DNA of 52,259 bases from NCBI RefSeq assembly GCF_001194135.2, contig NC_068984.1, positions 93,893,101 through 93,945,359 on the forward strand. The letters are read 5' to 3'. Both the position numbers and the translations under genes were made by a program. The notes under the pieces were generated by a model. That model was given only the letters and a program-made list of their open reading frames with translations. It was not told the DNA's origin and made no database searches. The stretch is from Octopus bimaculoides. Lineage: Eukaryota. Of this stretch, positions 11,776-25,439 are shown piece after piece (the stretch's first letter is position 1; each line of letters begins with the position of its first letter).

Positions 11776-14700
11776 GCCAGGTATCCCTGCTAGTAATTGT
11801 ATACATATCATCAGTCAGTCGTCCATAAGTCAGAAAAAGAGCACATTCGGAATTACACAGCAGTTACATTTTTATATGTCACTGAGCAACATTATTTTAT
11901 AAATCCACGCCATTTCTTCATGTTCACAAGTTCATCCATGTAATCATTCTCAACACCATCTACAATTCTTTTAGTGTTCTTTTTTTTTCTTTCTAAAAAG
12001 GCTTTTTCTCAAATCCCATGAAAAAGACACTAGAAATTATTTTATGTAAAGAACAACTAATTAATAGACATTCAGAAATTATCTTAACATGCAAACATAA
12101 GATTAAAAATTCTTTCATGGGATTTGAAAAAAAAACCTTTAAAAAAATATCATTAAAAAATCATAGTGTCAAGAATGTCTGCATGGATGAACTTGTGAAC
12201 ATGAACAAATGACGTGAATTTATAAAACAATGTTGTTGTAACCGTTGTGCATCTAAGATTGTAATTTTTATGTTTATTGATGTAACTCTATGTATAATAA
12301 TATAATTTTAATTTGTTAATCCAACTGGCATATACCTTGAAGACCCACAATAATATAAATAAACAACATGGGTTTATAAAAAATGTACTTTATGCATGTC
12401 TAGGATGGCAGTTTTATGTATATTTATATAACTGTGTGTGTGTGTGTGTGTGTATATATATACTAATGTAATTTTAATATGTTAATCCATTGATGTATAT
12501 CATGGAAACCTAATGAACAAGTAATGAAGAATTATAAAAAAATGCAATTCAAATTTTCACACATGTCAAAAGACTGTAGCATACATAGTTAATGCAATTT
12601 TAATACATTAATTGAATAGCATTTTTCATGGACATACACAATGAGAGAAAAAAAATTTATGTATTAATATAATACTCCAAATTAATTGGTAAATTTTTTC
12701 TGAGTAAATGATAAATGATCTAAGGTGAAGATGAAAACAGGACTTATGATAGCCAATAGATTATCATTATTTCCATTTTGATTTAAACAGCACTATATTC
12801 TAATGAAATGTAATTATCATGAGCAAGAAATGTAGGTGGAGACACTACCCTTATCTTGAATATCATATTTTCTTCCTTCTTCTTATGTTATTTTGAATTG
12901 AAAGTGTTAGATTGACCCTTTGTTTTCATTTTGTCCATATTGGTTCCTTTATAAGACACATCCACTAGTTGATGGGGAGGTGTGACTCTTGGTATTATCT
13001 TTTAATTTTTTTTTATTTGGTTTCTTAGTTTATCTGTGACTAGTTGCAATAAATGCCCAACAATCAAATGGAATGATTTAATTGGTGTAAAATAGTAAAT
13101 GTCCTTAAAGTTGATAGATCTAGCTTGCAGGAACAAAACTGCAACACCTGAGGAAGCACCCATGTTGAAATGGAGTTGAAAAAAATTTCAAATTTATAAA
13201 TATTAAGAGTAATCATAAGTAATATCATATGAATATGGAAAATTGTTACATAATAAATGTGTAGACTACAGAAACATATCTTGTGATGCATTAATAAAAC
13301 CTATGAATTTCCATCTGCAAATTATAATTGTTATTATTATATTTATTCTAATCTGAAAAGAGTTCCATGCTATATAACCACATCATAATATTACCTTGGA
13401 GGTGGTAGCCAACAAGGAGAAGCATAGGAGCTTTTAAGAACATATTCTGATGCTTTTTGCCCAAACAAAACTAAACTTTTTAGGAAAGTATTTAAGTACT
13501 TTCGAAACAAGGATCATTATTAGGATATCATGTAGATAGAAGTGCACATAAGTTAACTTAGTGAAATAATTGTAGATTTATTCTAGTTTGCTTTTAACAA
13601 TCTCATAATAAACTTCATTCTTCTTTATCTTTTTTCATTTCCCCTTTCTTCTGATTCCTCTGAATCTATGTATCTTATATGGTATCATTCTATCTTCATT
13701 ATTAAAGTCAGTAAGGTGAATGCATCCTGGTCTAATTACTAAAATGTGTGTAAAATAATCTATTCCCTTAAATTCTAAAAGGTCATCCTATGTTTAAATG
13801 ATGCCCAAGCTATAGCCATATAGAATATACTTGAAGAAAAGCTATCTAATGCTCAATTTGCTTCATTCACCTACATCGGTAAAACTTTGAAAAAAGTTGC
13901 ACAAGTATGTCTACCCTGGATGAATATATACCACAACTGAACCAACTAAATGCTACATCAAAACCAAATCTGTTACTAACCACTCTTCTCACACATACAT
14001 ACACATTAATGATGAACTGGAAGAAGAGTACTAAACACTGCATGGGTGGATAAATTATTTCTTTTAATAAAATTTGATAGTCTGATACCATAGGTTTCAT
14101 GCAATTATATTAGAGCTATTCAATTAGAGTCTGAATAATAGATGACAGTCTACCAGGAATGTGGCATGAAATTTTGTAAGATTATGGTTATTGCAAGATG
14201 CCTACAGTTTAACTGTCCTGTGATTCTCACACTCACATCTCAGACACATGGTAATTTTCAAGGTATCCTTTTACAAAAAAGTGTCTCTTTCATGCTAAAA
14301 ATTATGTTACATGCACACATACACATGTACAGATTCATATATATGAGCTATTTCTATTTCTTAAATGACAGTTATTATTTTACGTAAAATGTAATGAAAC
14401 TTCTCTTCTACAATACAGTTCCCTCCACTATTGATACACTATTCCCAATGTCTTTTTTACCTAGTTTTGCAACAACCCTTGTACAGATTTTCTAGTGGTT
14501 GTGCAAAGGTGTTGTTGTAAATGTTCTGCAATTTCTTTTATCATCTGAAATTCTTGACTATTTAGAATAAGAGAAAAGATGTATATAAGTGGAAATAGAG
14601 AAAAGACTAGACCTGTGATGCATATTGATAACATCAGTTGCATAAAATAGTGCCAAGTACTTATGTGACCAGAACCCATGAAGGAAGGAGCTCTAGGTAA

Positions 14701-14899
14701 ACATAGGAGGAAGTTGTGAAAACAGATCTCAGAGGCTGAAACTTATGACATCAATGATAACAACCTTAACAAATGCTGATAAGAGATGCTTGAGAAGAAT
14801 TATCTGTAGTGCAATCATGGCAAAAAGGTCATTAATGATAGAACGATGAAGGTTAGAATGTATAATATAACTACATTGGATCTCTCACTATACTCTCAT

Positions 14900-15290
14900 T
14901 CTTCTATTCACTGTATGCAACTTGTGTATTGAGGAATGATATTTGAGTATATCTGTTGGTATTTAATCTATCGTCTTGCCTCTCTTCTACCATTAATCTT
15001 TGTAGCATTCTACTTCTCTAAGCTATCACCCTTTCTATGTGACTCTTCATTAACATATACCACTTTTACAATCACCCATCTCTATTGCTGTCTACTATTC
15101 ACTGTCTTTTACCATCACACGTCTTTATTGCTATCCCATCAGAGTACTCATCTGTTACTCAATCACCTTGCCATCAATCAACTTATAGCAATCACTATCT
15201 CCCTCACATTATTTCCACCACACTCATACTTTTTACACCCTCTTAGCCATCACCTCTCCTCTTTTCACCTTTTAGTCTCATCTGCCCTGT
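14900..15290 (+). mobile_element. Degenerate CR1/L2-type LINE 3' fragment
   Basis: Pyrimidine-rich decayed ORF (track 14936..15292) with the same composition and style as the LINE remnants at 32620-34350 and 45330-45630. Confidence 0.4.
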
Positions 15291-15439
15291 AAGAATGAAG
15301 GCAACATAAAGAAAATTCTTTAGAAAATAACCTCTCTTTCTCTCTCTTTAGTGACAATGCCATATAATAAAATATACTCAGTACATTCTGTAAAGTGGTT
15401 AGTGAATGAAGAGAGACAAAGTAGGGTGGAGAGGAATGT

Positions 15440-15700
15440 TCAATCTTATTGAGTACATGATAGCCCCTCGAGTAGCAGTGTTGTGATAAAATGCATCCAG
15501 TCCATACTGCGAAGTGATTGGCATTAGGAAGAATATCCAGCCATAAAAACCTTGTCAAAACAGAACATAAAAGAAAAATGTGGTCTTTTGAATCATCTAG
15601 GGATGGTAGCAACTTCAAACAAGAATTCACTCAGACTTTGATGACCTGCCCAACCTATCAAGCATGGAAATCAGGCACAAAATGATAATGATGGTGACAC
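15440..15700 (+). mobile_element. SINE or LINE-tail repeat ending in (GAT)n
   Basis: Contains GGCATTAGGAAG..ATCCAGCC and CCAACC..CAAGCATGGAAA...ATGATAATGATG, shared with the RTE 3' tails in this window. A related minus-strand copy lies at about 38520-38720. Confidence 0.6.
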
Positions 15701-16149
15701 CCATCTGCACACAAACATGTATACAACATCTGGTAGCTAAACTGAGACTATATTAAAAATGTTACATCACAATAAGCATAGTATATTAAGAGCTTATATT
15801 TTGCATATAACAAATCTAAGATATTAACATTCTTTTTTTTTTTTTGTCACAGATAGTGAGGTACTATGAAATCACTCTGATAAAATATTATTGCTGAAAT
15901 AATCAATGTTAGATGTTCTCTCAGAAAATCATTGATGTTGAGTGTGCAAAGGTAACAGTTTAGGGAACTTTGGTCAAGCTGAAAACAACAGAAGTCCTCT
16001 GTTCATCACATGGTACCCCAATCATCACAAATGTACCTACATCTTTCTGGCTGATTCAAACAATTTATCACAACAAATCCATAACCCATAGTGTGCGATG
16101 GAGGATGTTAGCTAAGGCCAGTAAGAATGGTTTAGATATGAAATCTTAT

Positions 16150-16365
16150 GTTCATAGATACTTTTATTCTTTTACATGTTTCAGTCATCTGATTGCAGCC
16201 ATGCTGAGGCACTACAAAGAATTTTAGTTGAACAAATCACCACTAGCACTTCATTTTTTAAAGCCTGATAACTATTCAATCAGTCTTGTTTTGCCAAACT
16301 AAGTTAAGGGAACATAAACAAACCAACACCGGTTGTGAAGCAGTGGTGGGGAACAAACATGCACA
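16150..16365 (-). mobile_element. tRNA-derived SINE 3' half
   Basis: Reverse complement matches the 3' half of 20370-20749. Confidence 0.7.
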
Positions 16366-16415
16366 CATACCCTCGATTATAATTACATGTATATATGATA
16401 ATAAATTAATATATA

Positions 16416-17692
16416 TATAGTAAACACTCATGCAATTTGTGCACTTGTGTAATTTATGCAGGTGATTTTCAGGATAAAATTTGTTAAAAAAAGATTCTAC
16501 TCATGTAAAATTTGCACCTAAAAGTTTTCAGAATTGCTGATATAGCTAGGGGGAAAAGGTTTTCAATTTAGTTGTATTTAGCATAATTTCACTTACTTAT
16601 GATTTTATTAAATTTTTATTAGATAAAAATAATTTATGTTTAACAGGTATCACATTGAAAGCTATTAAATTACAAAGTGCTTGTGTTGTTTATAATAAAC
16701 TTTATTTTACATTTCTTGCCCACAAGAGATTATGTCCAATCTTTAGCATACTGCTGTATGTCTTCTCAACTCACGATCACCATTAAAGTTGTTGATAAGA
16801 ATTACCAGTGGAAACAAAGCTGATAAATATGCACAGGTGTTGCAAATTAAGTTTAATTACCAATAAACATCAGCTTGGATGACACTTTACTCAACCAACA
16901 GAGGAAGGTAATCAATAAAATCATTATGCAAACAGAATTCTTTTCTGCCTATTCTTGTTGGGACCTTTGATATGGAGTATCAAAATGTTAATCTCTTTGA
17001 AGCTTATCGTCAAGCAAACTTAAAAATTTGTCATTACTGTTGTTGTTAGTATAGGCAGAACTTATGAATTGTTTACTGCAAAGGAGAAATTAAATATACT
17101 GAATATGCATTTGAACGTGGCAATAGAGCTGCTGAAAGGCAATTTAATGTTAATGAAGCTAATGTTTGAAATTGGCGTAAACAGTACGACAAACTTAAAG
17201 CTGTGCCTAGCAATAAACAGACAAAAATAAAAAAATACAATCACGATTATCTATATCATTACATTTTTTTCAGTCAGGAATATCCATATCACTATGTACG
17301 TCAATGGTGCTCCATTGCAATAAGTAGAAACTCCAAGCAATGTAAAATATGACCTGGACCATGGTTATCAGTATGAATGTCAGACTTCAAAAAGTAGTTA
17401 ACTATTTAATGGCTTCAGTAAATTTATACAGAAAAAGTAAGCATTATACTATCCAGCATAAATAAAAGTCAACTTCATAATATTTAAGCCATTATTTTTT
17501 CTGTAAAATCCTATTCTGGCATTAAACGAATCAACTTCCTGTATGAATGTTTATGTTTTGTATGTCGTTTTACAACAAAAGTAATTTTTAAAAAAATTCT
17601 GGAAACGATCTACTCATGTAACTTACACACCCTCTAAAGTTTATTTTTATTTTTGCGAAAAAAGTGCATGAATTACGTGGATTTTTACAGTA
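16416..17692 (+). mobile_element. pogo-family DNA transposon relic with Brinker-type DNA-binding domain
   Basis: Degenerate 29-bp TIRs 16416-16444 and 17664-17692 match at 20/29 with TA ends. 17065-17220 translates, with a frameshift, to TAKEKLNIL/EYAFERGNRAAERQFNVNEANV*NWRKQYDKL. Confidence 0.75.
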
Positions 17693-20369
17693 TATATAAA
17701 GGAGATGTACTTGCATAGCAAGTGACTTGATCTGAGATTGTGTGCTGAAACAAAAACAATTGCAGAGTGGAAGATGTCTGTAAGCCATTTAAGAACACAC
17801 AAAAACCATTAGTTTCACTTCAACATTTAAATTTAATTTGTGTCAAAATACTTTCGTCACTTTGAAACTGCGCCCTGTTCACTGACAAAACTTCATGCTG
17901 CATCTGAGAAAGTAACAGTTAGTTCATGATATATATGTGTTTATGTATGTATACATGTATGTATGTATGTGTGCATGTACATATGTATATGTGTACATGC
18001 GTATGCATGTATGTATACATATGTATATGTGTACATGCGTATGCATGTATGTATACACATGTACGCATATGCATACGTACATGCATATATACATAAACAT
18101 ATATATATATATATATATATATANNNNNNNNNNNNNNNNNNNNNNNNNNNNNNNNNNNNNNNNNNNNNNNNNNNNNNNNNNNNNNNNNNNNNNNNNNNNN
18201 NNNNNNNNNNNNNNNNNNNNNNNNNNNNNNNNNNNNNNNNNNNNNNNNNNNNNNNNNNNNNNNNNNNNNNNNNNNNNNNNNNNNNNNNNNNNNNNNNNNN
18301 NNNNNNNNNNNNNNNNNNNNNNNNNNNNNNNNNNNNNNNNNNNNNNNNNNNNNNNNNNNNNNNNNNNNNNNNNNNNNNNNNNNNNNNNNNNNNNNNNNNN
18401 NNNNNNNNNNNNNNNNNNNNNNNNNNNNNNNNNNNNNNNNNNNNNNNNNNNNNNNNNNNNNNNNNNNNNNNNNNNNNNNNNNNNNNNNNNNNNNNNNNNN
18501 NNNNNNNNNNNNNNNNNNNNNNNNNNNNNNNNNNNNNNNNNNNNNNNNNNNNNNNNNNNNNNNNNNNNNNNNNNNNNNNNNNNNNNNNNNNNNNNNNNNN
18601 NNNNNNNNNNNNNNNNNNNATATATATATATATATATACATAAATACGCATACATACATATACACACACACACATATGATGGGCTTCTTTCAGTCTCTGT
18701 CTACCAAATCCACTCACAAGGCTTAGAAGACAACCACCATGCAGTATGACTGAACCTAGAACCATGTGGTTGGGAAGCAAACTTTGTACCACATCACCAT
18801 GCCTGCACCAAAAAATCTTCACAATCTGCTCTAAAGCTCTCAGGGATGAGAGTAACCAAAAACTTTTCAGTGACTTGAAAGCAACAGGAGATACAAAGAA
18901 ATCTATAGTTATCCAATCAACCAACTGCAGAGCTATAGTGTTTGGCTTCAGTGTACACAACAGGTATCTGATACCACTTAATTTCATTGAATCTAATTTT
19001 CACATCAACAAAAACATATTTGAAAAATTCTAATGCCATGTTTACTAAACAGTACGATCCATTTGAGGTTATGCCTATCAAAGATACTGCAGTGGTATAT
19101 GAGGCAGAGAACATGCAGAATTATGTGAAAGTGACACTTCCACTGTTCACAGTGCATTCAAATCCAATGAGCCTTTTTTCTCATTAGATTTGAATTCTTG
19201 TGACTTGTGGATATAGGGCATCATTGAGGATTTGTCTAATGCGAGCATTACGCAGTAGCATTGCTATGCTAACGTCTGCCATTAGGAAAGCATTCAAATC
19301 TATGAATGTAGATATATATGTACCATATAACAGAACTTCATGAGTATACAGAATATGCTTTGAAGAAGCCCTGGAAATAATCACATCCAGGGAAAGCATG
19401 ATAAATATACACTCTGAGATGGTCATATCATGGAAGTATAGAAACAAAATATCATTCATGGGATTTGAAAAAATATATTTTGAAAAGAAGTAACAAATTA
19501 TAGAACAGTGAAGGAATCTAAACAAGTAAATGAAAATACAAATGTTTAAGATGATAACAACAGAAAAAGTGAAAAAAATTACTATAATAGGGGTGGTATT
19601 ATTCAATTCGGTCAACAAACCCCACTGTATAGCAGCTGACCATTTGTTGGGTTCAGAATTTATTGAGGGGAGTCAAGTCTTGAATGAAATAGAACAAAGA
19701 AATGTACTCATCCTTAAAATCTGCAGAATGAATAGCAAATAAATCTAACACTACTACAAACACCTCTATCCCCATATTATTATCATACCTTCCTCTACTC
19801 CCATTACCTGCCTCCCTCTACCAAGTAAATACAAAAATACCAACATAGGCACAGTAAGAGGCATAGTGACGGATACCTTTGTATCTGGCCAGGGGTTAGT
19901 TAACTTTTTTTGTTACCACCTCAGTAGTAAGATCAGGCTGGAGATAAGGTATCTGTCACAAGACAGATTCATGAGAAGATGGAAGCCTGTGGCGAGGAAG
20001 CTGGGAGTGTTTGGCACCAGGTAAGTGGGAGCCAAAAACAAGGGAAAGAAAAAGCAAGGGGTCTACCCTGGTGGTCGNNNNNNNNNNTGGGAGTGTTTGG
20101 CACCAGGTAAGTGGGAGCCAAAAACAAGGGAAAGAAAAAGCAAGGGGTCTACCCTGGTGGTCGGATGCCTATCCTTCAGGAAAGCAATTACAAATTGCAT
20201 CTGTAATGAGCAATGCTTCAATTGAACATTATAAATATAATCCAATTTTTATTGTATATTTAAAATTGTAAATATTTAATCGATACAGCTACTTCATCCC
20301 TTTTATGTTTGTCTATCCTTGTTTGTCCCCTCTTTGTAATGCCTTTATGGCAAATGTTTATGAAATAAA

Positions 20370-20749
20370 GTAGCTTGCTAACCAACCACATGATTCTGGG
20401 TTCAGTCCCACTGCATGGCACCTTGGGCAAGTGTCTTCTACTATAGCCTCAGGCCGACCAAAGCCTTGTGAGTGGATTTGGTAGACGGAAACTGAAAGAA
20501 GCCCATCGTATATATGTATGTGTGTGTGTGTGTGTGTGTGTGTTTGTGTGTGTCCCCCCAACATCGCTTGACAACCGATGCTGGTGTGTTTACATCCCTG
20601 TAACTTAGCGATTCGGCAAAAGAGACCGATAGCATAAGTACTAGGCTTACAAAGAATAAGCTCTGGGGTCGCTTTGTGCTCGACTAAAGGCGGTGCTCCA
20701 GCATGGCCGCAGTCAAATGACTGAAACAAGTAAAAGAGTAAAGAGAGTA
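20370..20749 (+). mobile_element. Near full-length tRNA-derived SINE with central (TG)n
   Basis: Head with GGGTTCAGTCCC B-box, internal (TG)n, and 3' tail ending GAAACAAGTAAAAGAGTAAAGAG. Further partial copies at 11506, 16150, 18655, 43245/44096 and 50620. Confidence 0.85.
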
Positions 20750-22261
20750 TAACTAGATTGGCTTTCATACTGGCAAGAAGGGATAAACATCCCTCTGTGA
20801 TTCATCCACTTATGCAGTATCACCTTTTCTTTCTCTTCCTAATATTTTATTGTTAAGTTAGAATTTATTTTGGTCAGGATTTTTAAAGGTTTTTTTTTTT
20901 TCTTGTATCAAGTAATGGAGGGAAGCATTTAAAGAAAAAATTAAATTCATAATGCCGAATAAAATCAAAAATATTAATTTTAATCGTGATGATTCTTTTT
21001 ATGATAATAAAAATATCTCACATAGAAAGGACGGCACAGGACACGATGATGGAAGGGAGTAAACATTTTTTTCTTTTCCTTAATACGACATGTTTATATT
21101 AGGTTTGCAATATTCTCGATGTGAACTCGTGTTGAGACAAATCTTACATAATTTCCCCTGAAATTATATTTTTTCTGAGGCATTTGTAGCACTTTTCATT
21201 TCCTTGAAAGTGAAATATATGAGGTAAAAAAATATTTAGCAAATATTTTGTAAAAGACTCGCTTGTACCTCGGTGTGAAATAATTTTTTCCCTCATGTTT
21301 TTTTCAAGTGCGTTCAACACATCTGACCTCCAAACCTGCAAGCCACTTTTTTCCACAAAAAAGAAGTGGGGAAGTGGGGAGTCGGAGTTTCCTGGGAAAC
21401 TCGGAGGGGTCCACCAAACATGAAGTACCCCACCTACTCATGGTTTAAATCCAACCCAGTTACTACCATGAAACTGGAAAATGATCAATTAATTTTTTTA
21501 ATAAGTTTACTATAAGAATAAATAAGTATTTTCAAAAAAGAGATGAGTTATTATTTTATCTTCATTTGTTTTATTTATTTTCACTTTTAATTAATTAATT
21601 GCGGTACTGAATTAATTTCTACACGTATTATATCCGGCCAAGAATGAATTTTGAGAACTTTTTTTAATTGTAACAAAAATTTATTTATTATTATTATTAC
21701 CATCATTCGATGAATTATATAAATATTGGGATTTTGCTTTAAAATTTTTCTTAAATTATTTATTTTCCATTATCTTTTCTTACTGCAATTATAATCATGA
21801 AATTTATCAACAGGAAAAATTTGACAGAGAAATGGTTATTAAGCACCTTGCTTATTGTGAACATGCTTTATGTTAAGTCAGTGGATCTCTCTAACATATA
21901 CTTTAATTTGTGTCTCAAATATCTAGTGTCACTCAACTAATTTTCCAGTTTCTTTCAAATAAATTAATGTGCTTCCACCTCTAACCATATTTATCGAGAT
22001 GCTACATAGACTAGGCAGGTGCACATTTACAATGTTGAAGCAGCTGATTTAGTTGGGGAAACTGTTGTAAAGGTTCCATATAACAATTGATCATTATTGT
22101 TTCAACAAAGTACCATTATCTCATGAAAAAAAAAGTACCCCTGTCTCTCAATAGTTTTTGAAGAGCTAATGGTGATGGTTGGCATTATTTGTATTTTTAT
22201 GTGATTGAGTTCATCTATAAAATCATGTCACCCAAACTCATTAAAGCGAAAATGCAGACAA

Positions 22262-24470
22262 TATCATCATCATCATAGTTTAACGTCTGCTTTCTATGAT
22301 GGCATGGGTTGGATAGTTTGACTGAGGGCTGGCAAGCCAGAAGGCTGCACCAGGCTCCAATCTGATCTGGCAATGTTTCTACAGCTGGATGCCCTTCCTA
22401 ATGCCAACTACTCAGAGAGTATAGTGGGTGCTTTTTACGTGCCACCAGAACAAGGGTCAGTCTGGTGGTACTGGCATCGACCATGCTTGAATGGTACTTT
22501 TTACGTGCCATCGGCACGGGACTAGTCAGCCAGCCAGCACTGGCATCAATGACACTCAAATGGTGCTTTTTACATGCCACCAGCATGGGAGCCAGTCAGC
22601 CAGCACTGGCATCAACCACGCTTGAATGATGCCTCTTACATGCCATCGGTGTGGGTACCAATCAGGTGGCACTGCCATCAGCCATGGCAATGACTTCACT
22701 TGACCCAATAGGCCCTTGCAAGCACAGTTCACCACCAAATGATTGAAGGGCACTCCTAAATGGGCTGGCCATACCACACTGGTACAGGCCACAGTAACGG
22801 TCTCACTTGGCCTGTTGGGTCCTCTCAAACACAACACACCTCCAAAGGTCTCAGTCACCTGTCATCGCCTCTGCGAGGCTCAACGTTCGAAGGTCATGCC
22901 TCACCACCCTGTCCAAGGTCCACCTTCTCCACAGGCTCCTTCTACTGCTAGGGTCTGACCCACCCCACAGCTGTCCTCATCCATATGCAACACATGACCA
23001 CACCAGTGCAGTTGTCTCTCTTGCTTACCACATCTGATTCTTCCCATGTCCAACCCTTCTCTCAGGGCACCCACACTCTGTCATGCATACACACCAACAT
23101 TACACATCCAGCAGAGCATACTAGCTTCACTCCTTGCAAGCCTACACATGTCCTAAGCAGTCATGGCCTATACTTCATTGCCATGCAGCATGGCTGCTCG
23201 CACACATGCACCACCCCTTGATCCGAGCGAGAGGCCCCCTGTCATCAGCAGAGGTAGAAGCCCTCTGAACCTCACCCAGGTCATCCTTACTCCAGCAGCT
23301 ACACTCTCTGAGCATCCATCCCTGCTACTGACCTGGTTACCCAGGCAATGGAAGACATCAACCACCTCCAGTCCCTCACCCTGGCATGTGATGGAAGCTT
23401 TCCCCTGCACACCCTCAGCATTCACTACCCCTGAGCACCCGCCACACAAAAAAAAAAAAACCTCCCATTTAGCCTTCTCTTGACATTGGCTGCACTCCCC
23501 CATGTGTCCACACCGGGTACATCCCATCGAGCTTCTACCTATGCTCCTTCCACAGATTGAGTAGGGCCATCCACTCAAAGAGACTTGTGATTTGTCCGCC
23601 TTCCCACCTATTAAGACCTTGGTCCTTGCCAGACTGACTCCAAGGCCTCTCGATTCCAGACCCTGCTTTCACACCCGAAACCTCTCCTCTAGCTCTGACA
23701 GTGACTCAGCCACCAGAGCAAGGTCATCAGCATAGAGAATCTCCCAGGGGCTGTCCTGAACTCCTCTGTTGTTGCCTGGAGGACCATGATGAATAAGATG
23801 GGGCTGAGGACTGATCCCTAGTGGACCCCCACCCCTACCTGGAGCTCTCCACCATACTTGTTGCCAACCCTCATCTCACTGACAGCATCCCTGCACAGCT
23901 CTCACCAACCACTCATCTATCACCAGTTTCTGCATTGACCGCCAGATAAGGGAGCGGGGGACCCTGTCAAAGGCTTTCTCCAAGTTAACGAAAGTCAGGT
24001 ACAGAGGTTTATCTTTGGCTAGATATTACTCCTGCAGCTGTCTTACCAGAAACACAGCATCAGTGGTGCTCCTCCCCGACATAAACCCAAACTGCATCTC
24101 GTCAATCATTTGATTGACCATACGGGCGGCCAGACTATAGCCGACAATGCCAGATATTTCAAGCATCTCTGCAGTGATTCCCAATGGGCTGGGAGCCCTA
24201 CCCGCCTTCATACCCTTAATTCCCCCATTCACCAAGGTACTGTCAATTCGGACAGCTGGTCCCTCTGCTGAGTCGACATTCAGCAGATTCTCCTTCTCCC
24301 ATATACCCTCTTCATCCAGCAGCCCACCATAGTGACGTCTCCAAGTCTCTCTCTTTGCAGCCTCACCAAATGCAAGTAGGCCATCATCCATGTGAACACA
24401 CTTCTCTCCCACGACATCACAATTCTCTTTCACACACTGTCTCGCAACACAAAACACTTTAAGTCTGTGG
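22262..24470 (-). mobile_element. 5'-truncated RTE-clade LINE with RT domain and 3' UTR ending in (GAT)n
   Basis: QFGFMSGRSTTDAVFLVRQLQE (track ORF 24026..24625), EILYADDLALVAES at about 23700-23745, and RAAMLHGNE (ORF 23168..23578). The tail (CAT)n lies at 22262-22277. Confidence 0.93.
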
Positions 24471-24484
24471 TCCTCATGACACAG

Positions 24485-25100
24485 AACATTGGCAGCCAAT
24501 GTGTTTTCTTCACGAGAAAGCTTTTTTGAATGAGGCCATGAAGCCACCCAGGCTTTCCCATCATTTAAACAAGACAAACCCTGATAAAGCAAACAAAGAT
24601 TTGTCATATGGGATAAATTTAGCAACAGAAAATGTATTCACCCATTTATGACAAACCAATCACAGAAATGCGACAGAGGACTTATTTGTGCATATAATAT
24701 CTCCAGGATGACTGCCAGGTCAGGGAAACCTCATACAATTGGAGAACAGCTCATTTTGCCAGCTATAGAGGAAGCTCTTCGTACAGTAGAACAGTACAAG
24801 TGGAATTATCAGAACAATTTCACTTAGTAGTAATTCTGTGGAAAGAATTGATTAAATACCTGAGGACATTGGAGGCTGCACCAGGCTCCAATCTGATCTA
24901 GCAAAAAGAAATGTTATTTACAATACTTAAAAATCAACAATCTGGTTTACAATTGGACCAGTCGACTCTCCCAGGCAATGGGGCACTACTTTTAGGATAT
25001 GTTCGCTTTGTTAAAAATCAGAAAATTATGTAAGATTTATTGTTTACAAAGGAACTTAAAACAGACACTAAAAAGTGAATCCATTATTGCTATACTGTTC
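24485..25100 (+). mobile_element. hAT (Buster/Charlie, ZBED5/SCAND3-like) transposase relic
   Basis: Plus-strand fragments: PMCFLHEKAFLNEAMKPPRLSHHL (BED-like), AYNISRMTARSGKPHTIGEQLILPA, ISLSSNSV and LQLDQSTLPGNGALLLGYVRFV...LLFTKELKTDTKSESI. Stops and frameshifts present. Confidence 0.85.
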
Positions 25101-25171
25101 TATATTTTAGAGATGAGGAACTCTGTACATTATTTACATTGGACGGATATGTGTCCTCATCTTTGTTGTTG

Positions 25172-25220
25172 TTACCACAATGTTTCGACTGATTTACTCT
25201 TCAGCCTTCATCAGGTGTCC
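25172..25220 (-). ncRNA. Minimal type I hammerhead motif inside a tRNA-headed repeat; stem III mismatch, possibly inactive
   Basis: Minus strand reads GGACAC-CTGATGA-A-GGCTGA-AGAGTAAA-TCAGTC-GAAAC-ATT-GTGGT. Stem II is 6 bp, and stem I is GACAC/GTGGT with one mismatch. Confidence 0.65.
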
Positions 25221-25277
25221 AAGTGGAATTTTGAACCCAACCCTGGGTTCTCATTCCTAAGGTATTTTTTGCTGATG

Positions 25278-25311
<34 letters not shown>

Positions 25312-25312
25312 A

Positions 25313-25385
25313 GGTTCTGCCTGGAATTGAACTCGGAATCTTGGAGTTAGTAGCCTGCACTATTAACCATTACGCTTATATACCC
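25313..25385 (-). promoter_or_regulatory. tRNA-derived head with Pol III A-box and B-box
   Basis: Minus strand: A-box-like TAAGCGTAATGG (25367-78) and B-box GTTCAATTC (25324-32) at tRNA-like spacing, followed by (AAT)n. Not a foldable intact tRNA. Confidence 0.65.
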
Positions 25386-25398
25386 ATGAGTAATTAAC

Positions 25399-25439
25399 CT
25401 GATGAAAGCTGGAGAGTAAATTAGCTGAAATATTGTGGT
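25399..25439 (+). ncRNA. Second, inverted copy of the minimal hammerhead motif
   Basis: CTGATGA-A-AGCTGG-AGAGTAAA-TTAGCT-GAAAT-ATT-GTGGT. Stem II stays fully paired despite substitutions, and stem III AATATT is palindromic. The 5' stem I strand is mostly lost. Confidence 0.6.

Noticed and set aside
13860-13940. SFTYIGKT peptide suggesting a GIY-YIG endonuclease
   Set aside because: The motif is isolated and short, with no upstream GIY or downstream R..EH support.
19708-19720. Candidate 13-bp microexon on the minus strand (CTGCAG / DFKDE / GTACAT)
   Set aside because: Poor donor and too short to support without transcript data.
20003-20163. Identical tandem duplication of about 75 bp on either side of a 10-N gap
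   Set aside because: Perfect identity across a minimal gap is the signature of unmerged overlapping contig ends, so it is probably an assembly artefact.
22430-22690. Regularly spaced short repeats (CTTTTACGTGCCACC...CTGGCATC) here and at 25560-25720, superficially CRISPR-like
   Set aside because: Eukaryotic context, the spacers are related to each other, and the units are internal subrepeats of the RTE 3' UTR. No cas genes.
25313-25385. Possible genuine tRNA gene
   Set aside because: The acceptor and T stems do not pair properly and it is embedded in a repeat, so it is treated as a tRNA-derived SINE-type head.
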